The notes under the pieces were generated by a model. It did not search any database, had not been told where the DNA came from, and worked only from the letters and a program-made list of their open reading frames with translations. The translations under genes were made by a program, and so were the position numbers. Shown piece after piece: positions 8,962 to 21,700 of a stretch of 64,000 bases of DNA (its first letter is position 1; every line of letters starts with the position of its first letter). Origin of the DNA: Candidatus Parcubacteria bacterium (GTDB lineage: Bacteria; Patescibacteriota; Minisyncoccia; Phycocordibacterales; CAIJYI01); the NCBI GenBank assembly GCA_026395595.1, contig JAPLYL010000005.1:76853-140852 (forward strand). The letters are read 5' to 3'.

Positions 8962-10621
8962 ATGAAAATCAAGACAAAAATTTTACTTGCTTTTTCCTTT
9001 CTTCTGATTGTTGTTTTAGCAAGCGGCTATGTTTTTCTTGGAGAGATTCTTAAGGTTAAGGAGCTGATTTCAAAAAACGTTCCGCAAGATTTGCCGGTAT
9101 TTTTGGAAATGGAAAAAACGATAAACAACGGTCAAACAGCAGCCTTCTCGTTCATAATTATTGCTTGTTTTTTAATCATTTTCTTCGCCTTATTCTTTTT
9201 CTCTCTGTTCTCAAAATCCCTTAAAAGACTTCGCGATACCATAGAAAATGTTAAACACGGAAACTTAAGCGTTTGCTCCGTTCCTTTGAAAAATGACGAG
9301 ATAAGCGAGCTTTCAAAATCTTTCTGTGAAATGACTGATATCTTAAAAAACTCGCAAACAGAGGCGCAAAAAAAAGTTGAAGAACAAACGACGGAACTTT
9401 CTAAAAAAACTAAAGACCTTGATGACCAGAAAAACGCCATCTTGAATATCTTGGAAGATGTAGACAAAGAAAAGGAAAAAACAGAGGCCTTGGCAAAAGA
9501 TTTGAAAAAATTCCAACTGGCCGTAGAAAACGCGGCCGAAATGGTAGTCATTACCGACCCCGAAGGTATTTTAGTTTATGGAAACAAGGCCGTAAAAAGG
9601 ATTACCGGCTACGAGGTAAGCGATGCAATTGGAAAAAAAGCGGCTGCCTTCTGGAAAAGCCCCATGAAGAAAGAATACTATCAAGAAATGTGGCGCATTA
9701 TCAAAATCGAGAAAAAGACTTTCCACGGTCAATTGCAGAACAAAAGAAAGAACGGGGAGATATATGAAGCTGATATTTCTCTTTCACCAGTGCTTGACGA
9801 TAACGGAAACATTATTTTCTTCGTTGGCATTGAACGCGATATCACTAAAGAAAAGGAAGTAGACAGAGCAAAAACAGAATTCGTATCGCTTGCTTCGCAC
9901 CAGCTTCGTACCCCGCTTTCTTCTATCAATTGGTATACGGAAATGCTTCTCAGTGGCGAAGTCGGAGAATTAAATGACGGACAAAAAAATTATCTCAAAG
10001 AAGTGTATGCCAGCAGTCAGCGTATGGGAGACCTCGTCGGAACTCTTTTAAATGTATCACGTCTGGAACTTGGAACTTTTGATATAGACCCCTCAAAAGT
10101 AGACGTAAGCGCCATCTCAAAATCAGAATTAAACGAAATGAAACCGACGATTACAGAAAAAAAAGATCGTGATAAAAGAAACCTATGGAGAAAATGTCAC
10201 TGAATTCCAAGCGGATAAAAGATTACTAACCATAGTTCTTCAAAATCTTTTATCAAATGCCATAAAATACACCAACAACGAAGGAGAAGTGAGTATTGCC
10301 ATTCAGACGATTCCAGAAGGGTCTCTCCTTGACGGAAGAAAAATGACAGAAGAAAGTTTAGGGATAACCGTGGCCGATTCAGGAATCGGTGTTCCAAAAT
10401 CTCAACAGGACAAAATTTTTACCAAACTCTTCCGTGCCGACAATGCCGCTTCTTCCCGTACAGAAGGCACCGGTCTCGGATTATATATCGTTAAAGCCAT
10501 TGTTGAACAATCAGGAGGACAAGTGTGGTTCACTTCGGAAGAAAATATGGGAACAACCTTTTTCGTTTCCTTCCCTCGCACGGGAATGAAGAAAAAAGAA
10601 GGAACCAAATCTTTAGCCTAA
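8962..10621 (+). CDS. sensor histidine kinase (TM-HAMP-PAS-HisKA-HATPase_c), interrupted by a 1-nt frameshift in an A8 tract at 10157-10164
   Basis: HisKA H-box ASHQLRTPLSSINWY is in frame 1, ending at 10203. The HATPase_c region (NLLSNAIKYT...GTGLGLYIVK...) continues in frame 2 from about 10165. Alignment to the intact paralog 23492..25855 (EKKHIVIQE vs EKK-IVIKE) places the shift in the homopolymer. Confidence 0.75.
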
Positions 10622-10688
10622 CAGATTTAAATAGTAAAATAATAAAAATTGCCGGACAGTATTTGTCCGACAATTTTTGAGATTTTGA

Positions 10689-11060
10689 TTATGAAATATG
10701 GACGAGGGCGTTATTTACTTTTTCTACGAGTTCATTAATAGGATGCTGCGATTTTACCAAGTAATCAATAGCACCGAGTCTAATGGATTCTTTTATCTGT
10801 TCATCGCCATCAAGATTAGAAATCATAATGACTGGTATTTGTTTTACGTCGGGGTCGGACTTAAGCTCTTTAAGAATTACTAAACCTGTCTTTTTCGGAA
10901 GTATAATATCCAGTAAAATAATATCGGGCATGAATTTTTTAGCGGTTGGCAATACCGCGTCTCCACTCATAACAAATTCTACGGTAAATTTCTCCCGTTC
11001 AAATTTCTCACGAAACACCTTTACCAGGGATTCTTCGTCTTCAGCAATGAGTATTTTCAT
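10689..11060 (-). CDS. response regulator, receiver domain only (CheY-like)
   Basis: Acidic pocket (EDE), phospho-acceptor Asp (LLDIILP), conserved T and K. No output domain. Confidence 0.85.
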   Translation of the reverse strand: MKILIAEDEESLVKVFREKFEREKFTVEFVMSGDAVLPTAKKFMPDIILLDIILPKKTGLVILKELKSDPDVKQIPVIMISNLDGDEQIKESIRLGAIDYLVKSQHPINELVEKVNNALVHIS

Positions 11061-11093
11061 AGCGTTATCATTATAATTGTTATTTAATATGGT

Positions 11094-12548
11094 TTATCTC
11101 TGCGATAGTTCTCGGATATTGTCTATAATATATTTCTTCGTCTTACTCGCTTTTTCACTTATCTTTTTAGCGAGAAAACCTATTTCATTCAGACCTTTTG
11201 CGCTTACGTGATTTACTTTTGCAACATCAATTATTTTTTCAGCATCTTCAGAAATGATATTAAACGTATCCCCAACATCACGCTCCGCGACGACGATTCT
11301 CCTTTCAAGCTGATTTTCCCATCTCCTATAAGAATACCACCATCCGCCGAATATCGCTATCAAGACAAGAACCAGTATAACAAAAAATTGGGATTGTGTC
11401 ATGGTCAGAGTGCCGACAGAGAAAAAGGCGTTTTCTCTGATTTTTATCGTTATGTTGGTACTTGTTTTATTGCCTGCTTTGTCTTCCGCAATAACGGAAA
11501 CAATATGATTTCCCGAAGAAAGCGCGGATAAAGTGTACTTTGTAAGAATAGTGCTGGTCGCCTGATCTCCGTCAACTAAAATCCGATAAAAATCAATACC
11601 GGAAGGCTGGTCTTTTGTTTCAAAAGAAATCGTCGGGGTGACCACATACGTGGAATTCCCTTCGTGAGACACGACATCAAAAGCGAGGGGCGGCGCCGTA
11701 TCTATACCGATCTTGTAATCAGTAACCGGGCCCCACCCGACATCATTTTTAAACCGTACATGAAGATACCAAACACCATCAGACAAACTTGGGAATGTTT
11801 TATTATCAAAAAGACCTTCGGAATTTTTGAGATCAAAAACAGGTTGTTGATCAAGAGCTGTCGCAACCCCGGTAACATCAGAAGGAAGCGACCATTGAAC
11901 AATAAAAGGAGAAAGAGAATCATACCACTGATCAGAAGACGGATATAGTGGTATGTTCAGTGCCGGTTTTGCCGGTATTTTTCCTGTCGGAACAGCGATA
12001 CGTTTGATTATTTGAACAGGAGGAACTTTCGGTGCAGGAATAACTCGAGACGCTTCTTGTTTGGTTATACTAGTGATATTCAAACCTTTCATGGCAGAAA
12101 GGACGTTTGTCCCATTGCCGTCAGCGGCCGTAATGGCGCCGTTACTAAAAGAAATTTCTGCGGGACCGGAACCTACCACCTTAAAAGTAATGCGAAGCGC
12201 CTGAAGAGTTTTTCCCGTTAATCCGCTTGAAGAACCTCCGATGAACAAAACCTCCCCCGCTGAATTATCAACGGTCGGTTCCTGCAACCAAAAAGAAAAA
12301 ACGGAATTGGTTTTGTCTGTTTCTTTTTCTTGCAAAACGCCAACGGGAAAATTTATAGAGGCCTGTGCTGCGTTTATTCCCACGCCTTCACTGTCTATTT
12401 TTACATCAACACTGAATTCATCGCCTATCGCGAACTGAGTTTTATCCGTAATAAGGTTTAACGTTCCTGCATAGGCCGGTAGTGCAACAACAAAGAGAGA
12501 GATGATACCGGTTACGAAATATACTATGAAACTTTTTATATGGTGCAT
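11094..12548 (-). CDS. cohesin-domain type-I membrane protein (putative scaffold or anchor for dockerin proteins)
   Basis: Signal peptide MHHIKSFIVYFVTGIISLFVVALPAYA. Approximately 140-aa beta-sandwich segment with cohesin-like pattern (FSVDVKID...ASINFPVGVLQ...EVLFIGGSSSGLTGKTLQALRITFKVVGSGPAEISF). Second Ig-like extracellular domain. TM helix (FFVILVLVLIAIFGGWWYSY). About 70-aa cytoplasmic tail. Confidence 0.6.
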   Translation of the reverse strand: MHHIKSFIVYFVTGIISLFVVALPAYAGTLNLITDKTQFAIGDEFSVDVKIDSEGVGINAAQASINFPVGVLQEKETDKTNSVFSFWLQEPTVDNSAGEVLFIGGSSSGLTGKTLQALRITFKVVGSGPAEISFSNGAITAADGNGTNVLSAMKGLNITSITKQEASRVIPAPKVPPVQIIKRIAVPTGKIPAKPALNIPLYPSSDQWYDSLSPFIVQWSLPSDVTGVATALDQQPVFDLKNSEGLFDNKTFPSLSDGVWYLHVRFKNDVGWGPVTDYKIGIDTAPPLAFDVVSHEGNSTYVVTPTISFETKDQPSGIDFYRILVDGDQATSTILTKYTLSALSSGNHIVSVIAEDKAGNKTSTNITIKIRENAFFSVGTLTMTQSQFFVILVLVLIAIFGGWWYSYRRWENQLERRIVVAERDVGDTFNIISEDAEKIIDVAKVNHVSAKGLNEIGFLAKKISEKASKTKKYIIDNIRELSQR

Positions 12549-12676
12549 ATTTTTAAGATACTTGCTTCTATTTATTATATCTCCATTTTGCAAACGTATC
12601 AATAAAATAAAGGGGAAAACCGAGACGACGGAGAAAAAAGCAAAAAGAAACAAGGAAAAAGAAGACAGAAAGATAC

Positions 12677-12707
12677 AAACACTGCCGGATTATACTCGGC
12701 AGTGTTT
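12677..12707 (-). terminator. rho-independent terminator of the giant gene
   Basis: CAAACACTGCCG-loop-CGGCAGTGTTTG. A T-rich tract follows on the minus strand. Confidence 0.6.
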
Positions 12708-12725
12708 GTATTCTTTTCTCTCTTT

Positions 12726-15700
12726 TTACTTTTTAAGTGTTTTAACAAAGATACTCAGGTCTTGTATATTCACTTTTCCGTCTCCATTCAGGTCGTCTTT
12801 CGCTTTAAGAGTCGCGTTAGCGGACTGCCATCGGGAAACAAAAATGCTGTAATCTTGAATTCCTATTGTTCCGTCTCCGTTAAAGTCCATGTTTGGAGTG
12901 AAGATATTTACGACCGAGAATACTTCCTGAGGAGAGTAATCGCTTTTGAGTCCGGCAGGGCTGACTTGACGCGTACGAACCATATGGCTTCCAAAACCAA
13001 GGTCAAAGGTCGGAACAAGCGCTTTGTAAACTCCTTTACTGTCTACCGTTGCCGTAATAACCGTTGGCTGATTATCTATTTGAATTTCAATTTTATAGCC
13101 CGGTGCTCCCGCTCCCGTTATTCCGAGAACGTCGCCTTTTGTTACCGCCCCGCGAGCCAAACCAATGGTAGGAGAGAGCAAAATGCCATTAACATCAAGC
13201 TGTAATAAAGCGTTGGCTTGGTTGGCATCAAAAATCTTTACCTGTGTAGTGTTGTTATTTTTATCAGTTCCAACAATCCCATAAGAACGTGCGCCGCCGG
13301 TAAGTCCGCTAAATGAGAGAACGAAGTTTCCATTTGAAGTCGCAACTCCTTTTTTTGCTTGGAGAGAATCCGTTCCTCCGATAGCCACAACATTTAAGAC
13401 GGCTCCGGGAAATGCTTTACCCGTGAAGCGAACGCCGGAAACAGACGGGAGAGAGGCAATACCGGCAATGTTCACGATAGTCGGCGGTACAAATACGGCA
13501 TTAAAGATAAGTGTTTGCGTAGAGGAAACCCCTAATCCGGTTGACTGACTATCAATGAGCGAAAGCGTTATCGTTTCTGCAACCGTATCTCTGATCGTCA
13601 TCGTACCAACACCGTTTACCATAGTAACCACCCCGCCACCAGTAGCAGAACCGGAAGTGACGAGGGTAACATTGTGGTTGTAGTTTGCATCAACATTTCC
13701 ATTAACATCTTCCGCACGGATAGTCACTGTCGTAGGAAGATTAATCGTTCCATTAGAAACAGGTTGAATGGTAAAATGCGTTGCGGTAATTATCGCGAGG
13801 GTTACGGTTACTGAGTCAGCAGCATCTTGGATACCCGTCGTTCCATTGGCAATCGGAGTGCCGTCAGAAGCGGTGATAACCCACGTGCCAGGCGCCTCTT
13901 CGTAATACCAGAAGTTTGTCGTTGCAGACCCATCGGCAAAGGCAACAAGATCGGTCAGGAAACCTCCCGTGGCAACATCATAAAATTTTGAAGAGGTCGT
14001 TGCGGCGCTTGAATAGAGGTAAGCAGAAACGATTCCTGAAGTCACGAGATTATCAAAGGTATCTTTTCTGGTAAGTGTGTACTCAAGGCGAGTACCAGCG
14101 GTCATGTTTCCAGGATTATCAATGGTAAACTTTGAGATAGAAGAAGGGGCGACGGCAAAAGTTCTATTAGAGCCTGTCATACCAGGGGCAGTTCCGGCGA
14201 CCGTAACGGTTGCGGATCCGGCCAATTCATCGTAATACCAGAAACGAGCGATGGATTGCCCTTCAAGAATGTTTACCGAAGTGATAACACTTCCTCCTGA
14301 CACGGCGTCATAAAATCTTTTTACACCAGCAGAGGAAGAATCAAGAGTCACATTCGTAACACCGGTAGTAATAAGGTTTCCAAATTGATCTTTTCTAGTG
14401 ACCGTAAACCCGAGTCGCGCTCCCGCTGCGGTATCTCCCGGGTTATCAATGAAAAGTTGTTTTGCTTCTCCTGTGGAAAATATAGCATCAGCGGTTGAAG
14501 AAACATTGAGCCCGGTTGATTGAACGTCAGAGAGTGTTAAATGAACCGTCTCCGCATTATGGTCGGAAATCTGGATTGTACCAACTCCATCGGTAAGAGT
14601 TACCAACCCCGCTCCTGTGGCTGCCCCCGAAGTAAGAAGCATGACACTGCTGGTCGCGGTAGTATCAAGACTTCCCATATCATCCTGGGCTTGTATGGTA
14701 ATGGTTATCGGGCTATCAACCGTTCCTGATGACGGGGGGATAATAACAAACTTTGTAGCAACGATGGGGGCGGGACTGACATTTACGCTTGCCGTACCAT
14801 CAGTAACGCCCAAAGCGTCGGGACCGGAAATACTATCGGAAGCAGTGACCGTATAAAGCCCAGCGACTTCTTCGTAGTACCAGAAATGAGCCAAAGAAGA
14901 ACCATCACCAATAGAAACATTTGATATCGGATTCCCCAGTGTTGCCGAATCATAGAACTGTCTATTGTCCACTCCGAGAGCTCCCGCCGTCGTATAAAGG
15001 TATGCGGTGGTATTGCCGGAAGTAACAAGATTTCCGAATTGATCTTTTCGCGTAACCGTATATCCAAGTCGGGTCTTTGCCGTCATATCGCCAGCATTAT
15101 TGAGAGTAAAAGAACTTACCGGACCGGGAGTAACAGAAAGTACTTTGACGGCATCGCTGATACCAGCAGCGCCGTTTGCTGTTGGAGTTCCATCGGAAGC
15201 GGTAATGGTTACCGTTCCGGGAGCTTCGTCATAATACCAAAAGTTTGCGGTTTGCTGTCCAGAGAGAAGAGTAATTGAAGTAATCGGCGTGCCAGCTGTT
15301 TCTGCATCATAGAATTTTTTATTTGGGCTGACGGAAGAGCTGTAAAGATAGGCCGTAATCTCATCTTGAGAAGTGGAGTTTCCGTGCTGATCTTTACGAC
15401 TGATCGTATAACCGACACGGCTTCCTGCCGAGAGCGTTGTTGGCTCAGTGAGAGAAAATTGAGTGGTTGCTCCGCCAAGCCATTGAACCGTTGCAGAAGA
15501 ATCAACATTGAGTCCGGCTCCTTCGCTATCAGTAAGAGTAAGGTGTATAGATTCGGCTACCGTGTTGGAAAGATTTTTTGTTCCGACTCCATTAACGATA
15601 TTTACTAAGCCGTCGCCAGTAACTGAACCATCGGCATTAAGGGTTACATCTTCTTGAAAACTCGCATCAACATCGCCGTTCTCTTTTTGCGCTTGTACCG

Positions 15701-18700
15701 TAATCGTTAAAGGAGAATCAACACTCGTTGAGCTGGCGGTAAGAATCACAAATTTTACAGCAACGGGAATAACGGTAACATCTCTTGTTGCGTCATTGAT
15801 GCCAACATCAAGGTCTGCGGTGGGGGTGTGATCGGAAGCGGTAAGCGTATAGGTTCCCGGCATATCATCGTAATACCAGAAATTGGCAAGAGCGGAACCA
15901 TCGGTAAAATCAATGGAAGTAATGACGTTGTCCGTTAATGAATCATCATAGAATTTTTTATCAGTACTGGTGGAATTTGAATATAGGTATGCGGTTTGTG
16001 TCCCTGCCAATACGGCATTGCTGTATTGGTCTTTGCGCGTAATCTGAAAACCGAGACGAGTACGAGCATTCATATTACCCGGACTATTAAGAGAAAAGTC
16101 GGTCACTGCACCGGGAGCAAAAACCAAATCTTGCGCCGAAGTAACCGAGAGAAGAGTGCTTTGGCTATCGGTGAGAGTAAGGTGAACCGTTTCCGCGACC
16201 GTATCAGAGAGAGAAAGCGTCCCTTCCCCGTTGGTGATGGAAACCAGTCCTCCTCCCGTGGCCGTCGTGCCAGAAGTATTCAAAGTAACATCATCCTGGT
16301 AATCCGTATCAATCACTCCGTTCGCTTTTTGCGCTTGAACGGTTACCGTTACGGACGAGTCAACCGTTCCCGCCGTCGGAGGGATAATAACAAATTGGGT
16401 TGCCGCATGAGCGACCGTAAATACCTGAGCGTTAGAGGTTCCTCCTCCCGGAGCGGGATTAGTAACCGTAATAAGAGCGCTGGAAGTTGCCGTAATCACA
16501 TCGCTTGTTAAAATTTCTGCCGTGAGTTGCGCCGAAGTAACAAAAGAGGTAGTTCTTGACGATCCGTTAAATTTTACGACTGAATTGGAGAGAAAGCCGC
16601 TTCCGTTTACCATCAAAGTAAATCCGGAATCTCCTGCATCTTTTGAAGATGGGCTGATATTCGTAATTATCGGCACGGGGTTTCTAATGCTTGCCGTAAT
16701 ACCGGTAGGTTGAGTAAGTATGTAATTTGTCGCATCGGTTCCAGACAAAGAGAGGCCGCTTATCGTAACCGGTTTATCAAGTCCAACATTTGCAGAATCA
16801 AAAGTTCCGACAGCAACCGATGAGTTGATGGTAACAATATCGCCTAAAATAACGCCGACCAAACTTGCGCTCGTGGTATTCACCACCGCTGTGTCATTGC
16901 CGTCATAGACTTTATCGTCCGCCATTACGCCGGTAACGGTAATGGTTTTTGCGGTAACATTCCCAACCACGTCAAGCGGATTAGTGACGATGTAATTTTC
17001 TGAATCAGTTCCAGAAAGAGCGACAGAAGAAACATTGACCGCCTTGCCGGTTCCAACCGTTTTATCTGAAAAAGATCCGGAACGCGAAGCGATGGAAACC
17101 GTGTCAGGAGAAATAATGCCAACAAGGGAACCACCGGTAAGGGTTACGGTAATTCCTCCATCGTATTCTTTAGTGGTAGCAAGCATTCCGGTAACAGTAA
17201 GCGCTTTCGCGGTGATATCTCCCGTGATACCGATAGGATTGGTGACCGTATAATTTCCTGCATCGGTTCCTCCAAGGACAACGGACGTAACCGTTATGGA
17301 TTTTCCCGTCCCGACCGTTTCATCAGCAAAAGAACCAACGCGAGAAGATATGGAAACATCATCGGGGATTATAACACCGACGAGCGTTCCTCCAACGAGC
17401 GTTGCCGACGTTCCTCGATCGTATTCCCTGCTTTCCGCCGTCATACCGGTAACCGTTAAAGCTTTCGCGGTGATATTTGCCGTACCAACGGTTGGAAGCG
17501 TAACGGTGTAATTATCTTTATCTGTTCCTCCAAGGGTAATGGAGTCAACCGTTACTGTTTTTCCATTTCCAACCGCTTTATCCGCAAAAGAAGCGGAAGT
17601 TGAGGAAAGAGTAACTATATCAGGGGAAATAACTCCGACTAAAGAACCGCCGGTAACCGTTGCCGTAGTAAAACTATCATAGGCTTTGTTCTCTGCCGTC
17701 ATACCGGTAACCGTCAAAGTTTTTGGGGTAATGTTAGCGATACCGACCGTCGGGAGCGTAACCGTGTAATTATCTTTATCTACTCCTCCGAGAGTGATGG
17801 AATTCACCGTAACCGTTTTCCCATTTCCGACAAATTTATCGGCAAAAGAAGCGGAAGTTGAGGAAAGAGTAACAACGTCGGGAGAAATAATTCCAACCAA
17901 GGAACCGCCGGTAACCGTTGCGGTTATTCCTCCGTCGTATTCTTTGCTATCAGCCGTCATTCCTGTGACCGTCAGTGCTTTCACCGTGATTGTTCCCATA
18001 ACATCAGTCGGGGCGGTAACGGTGTAGTTTGAAGAGTCGGTTCCAGCTATAGTAACAGAAGAAACATTGACCGCTTTACCTGTTCCAACCGTTTTTGTTG
18101 CAAAGGTTCCTGTGCGGGTGTCTATGGAGACAACGTCGGGGTTAATTACTCCGACAAGAGAACCACCGGTGAGAGTTGCGGTAATTCCTCCGTCATATTC
18201 TTTGGTAGTGGCTAACATTCCCGTGACGGTCAGAGCTTTCGCAGTTATCGTTCCGGTAACATCGGTCGGTGCGGTAACCGTATAGTTTGAAGGGTCAGTT
18301 CCGGAAAGAGTCACGGAAGAAACATTGACTGCTTTACCTGCTCCTACCGTTTTGGTTGTGAATGTTCCAACACGAGTGTTAATGGAAACAACATCGGGAT
18401 TGATGACCCCAACTAAAGTACCACCGGTAAGAGTTGCTGTGATACCGCCATCATATTCTTTAGTAGTCGCTAACATTCCCGTAACGGTCAAAGCTTTCGC
18501 GGTAATATCACCAGTAACATCGGTTGGATTGGTAACGGTATAATTTGAAGAATCTCCTCCTGTCAAAGTGACGGAAGTTACATTTACCGTTTTTCCGGCT
18601 CCAACCGTTTTGGTTGCGAATGTTCCAGTGCGAGTGTTAATGGAAACAACATCGGGATTGATGATTCCGACGAGTGTTCCGTTTGTGAGGGTCACTGTCG

Positions 18701-21700
18701 TTCCTCCATCGTACTCTTTGATAGTAGCAAGCATTCCGGTAACGGTAAGCGCTTTTGCCGTAATAGCTCCCGTGACATCAATTGGCGCAGTGACCGTGTA
18801 ATTTGAAGAGTCAGTTCCGGTAAGAGTGACGGAAGAAACATTGACTGTCTTACCTGTTCCTACCGTTTTGGTTGCGAATGTTCCAGTGCGAGTATCTATG
18901 GAAACGACATCTGGATTGATGACTCCAACAAGAGAACCACCGGTAAGAGTTGCCGTGATACCGCCATCATATTCTTTAGCGGTCGCAGTCATTCCCGTAA
19001 CGGTCAAAGCTTTTGCCGTAATAGCTCCCGTGACATCAGTCGGCGCAGTGACCGTGTAATTTGAAGAGTCAGTTCCGGTAAGAGTGACGGAAGAAACATT
19101 TACCGTCTTACCCGTTCCAACCGTTTTTATGTCAAAGGTTCCGACGCGAGTGTTGATGGAAACGACATCAGGAGAAATTATACCGACGAGAGAACCGCCG
19201 GTCAGGGTCGCCGTCACTCCTCCGTCATATTCTTTAGTGGTAGCGAGCATTCCTGTAACCGTCAGCGCTTTTGCCGTAATCGTTCCAATAACATCGGTCG
19301 GATTGGTAACCGTGTAGTTCGTTGCATCTGCACCGATTAAAGTAACAGATGTAACGTTTACCGTTTTTCCGGTACCAGCCGTTTTTGTGGCGAAGGTTCC
19401 AACGCGAGTATTAATAGAAACAACGTCTGGAGAAATTATGCCGACGAGAGAACCGCCTGTGAGAGTCGCGGTCAATCCACCGTCATATTCTTTGGTGGTT
19501 GCTTGCATGCCGGTGACGGTCAACGCTTTCGCGGTGATAGTTCCGGTAACATCAGTAGGATTCGTAACGGTATAGTTTCCTGAAGCACTGCCGTTTAATG
19601 TAACAGAAGTTACGTCCACGGTTTTTCCTGTTCCGACAGTCTTAGTAGCAAATGTTCCGGTTCGTGTATTAATAGTAATAACATCTCCGGAAACAACACC
19701 GACAAGAGAACCGTCCGTAAGGGTTGCCGTTACTCCGCCGTCATATTCTTTAGTTGTCGCGAGCATTCCGGTAACAGTGAGCGCTTTTGCGGTCATAGTT
19801 TGCGCAACCGCGCTTGAAGTACTTCCTGAGAAAGTTGTATCGCCTCCGTATACCGCCGTAATAGAATGTGGGGAACCGGCAACAGAAAGCGTGCTCGTTG
19901 AGTAAGTCGCCACGCCAGCGCTCAATGTTCCCGTTCCGATAGTCGTCACTCCGTCTTTGAAGGTAACCGTTCCAGTTGCAGGGCCTCCGCTTGCGGGAGT
20001 GACGGTTGCGGTGAAAGTAACAGAAGTGCCATATGTCTGAGGAGTCAAAGAAGTACCAAGTGCTGTCATGGTCGTAACTTTATCAACGGAGACAACAGGA
20101 GAAGAAGCGATATTGGTTAAAGTTCCAGAATCAGAAATTTTTGTCTGTGTTGTAAAAGTGGAATTACCGGTAGTATCCGGTGCCGTAGCATTGTTGTAGG
20201 AAACGACCATGGTCTGCGGAGCGGTCAACCCTAAAATGCGAGTATTGATAACTCCGCTACCGGGAAAAGTCGGCACTCCGGGGCCGACAAGAAAATCGTC
20301 TACGTTTATAGTCGTTGCTCCGATGTTCGTAACATATTTAATACCGAAACTGTTTACTGAAGTGCGGGTCCCTGTAAGAGTTAATTTTTGGTACGTCCAC
20401 GTATTCGCGGAAAGCGCTCCGATATTAATGCTTCCGATCGGGCTGGAAACATCGCTCGCGTCATCATACACAAATTGCAAATCTCCCGCGTTAGCCGCGA
20501 CCGCTGAACGAATCCAAAAACCGACAGTCGTATAACCGGACCAGTTTTGAGTCGCGCCTAAAGTCTGATACCAGCTATCCCCGGCCGTAGCGCCGGCAGT
20601 CAAAACATTTTTCAGAGAACCGGTTCCTTCGTGAACGACGCTCGCATCCAAAGAAAGTGTCTGTAAAGCCGAAGTCGGTGCCGTCCAACCGGTTGTCGCA
20701 TCGCCATAATTAATAATAGAACCCATCGCGTCTATATCTATAGTAAGAGCGCCCTTGTCATTCACCTGTCGCAAACCATACGAACGAATAGAGCTCGCGC
20801 CGAGATTGGGAATGGAAAGCGTTACATACGTCCAAGTATTCGCGGACAGAGCGGGCAAACTGACCGTATCGGTAATAGAGAAAAGACTGGCGGAATTATC
20901 ATCTACCCAAGCAAAATCTCCGGCGTTCAAAGCCACGCTGGAACGAACCCAGAAGCTTACTTTATTTCCGGGAAGAATAGTAAGCGCTGTTGATGTGCGA
21001 TAGCATTCTCCGTTCGCTCCGGTTCCAGCGGTTCCCGCGTAAGTACAGCGAATGGAGTTCGTTCCCTCTTGTCCGCTTCCAACCGCAGAAATAGAAATGT
21101 TTGCATCCCCCGTCCAGTTCGTCGTTACGTCGGCAGCATCAAAAAGAATGGAGACCGAATCCAATTTTATGGTTGCGGCGCCAAGGTCGGTCGTATAACG
21201 CAATCCGTAAGAAAGTTGAGAGGTTCTCGCCACGCCTAAAGTGACAGAAGTATATTTCCATGTATTTGCCGTAAGCGCCGCAATAGCCAATGTATCCAAA
21301 GGAGATGCCAAACTGGCGCTATTATCGTCTTGCCAAGAAAGATCTCCGCTCGCCGTATTCACGCTGGATTTAATCCACATGCCGACACGCTGTCCATTTG
21401 CACCGTTAGCGGCAGTACCCCAACTCGTCGCTCCTCCGTAATTGAAGTACCATTGTTCATTCGCGGCAGCATTTGCGGTGATAGCATTTGAAAGAGAGCC
21501 TGTTCCCTCTTGTTTATCTCCCGTATCCGCAGAAAGAGTCATATGCTGATTCGCGGTCCAGCCGGAAATACTATCAAGCGTGTTCAAAACCGTGGCGACA
21601 ATTCCACTCGCGGAAGCAACCGTCGTGTAGCCTGCCGTGGCCGGCGTACTATTGGGAGCGCTCCAACCTGAAGGAACGGTGATGTTGAAACCTCCGCTAT

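Noticed and set aside
14541-19575. Ladder of plus-strand ORFs (62-108 aa) opposite the giant gene, e.g. 17035-17253, 18067-18285, 18325-18543, 18826-19059
   Set aside because: They recur at the 258-bp repeat period and are reverse-frame shadows of the Thr/Gly/Val-rich repeats. They have no RBS or independent signals.
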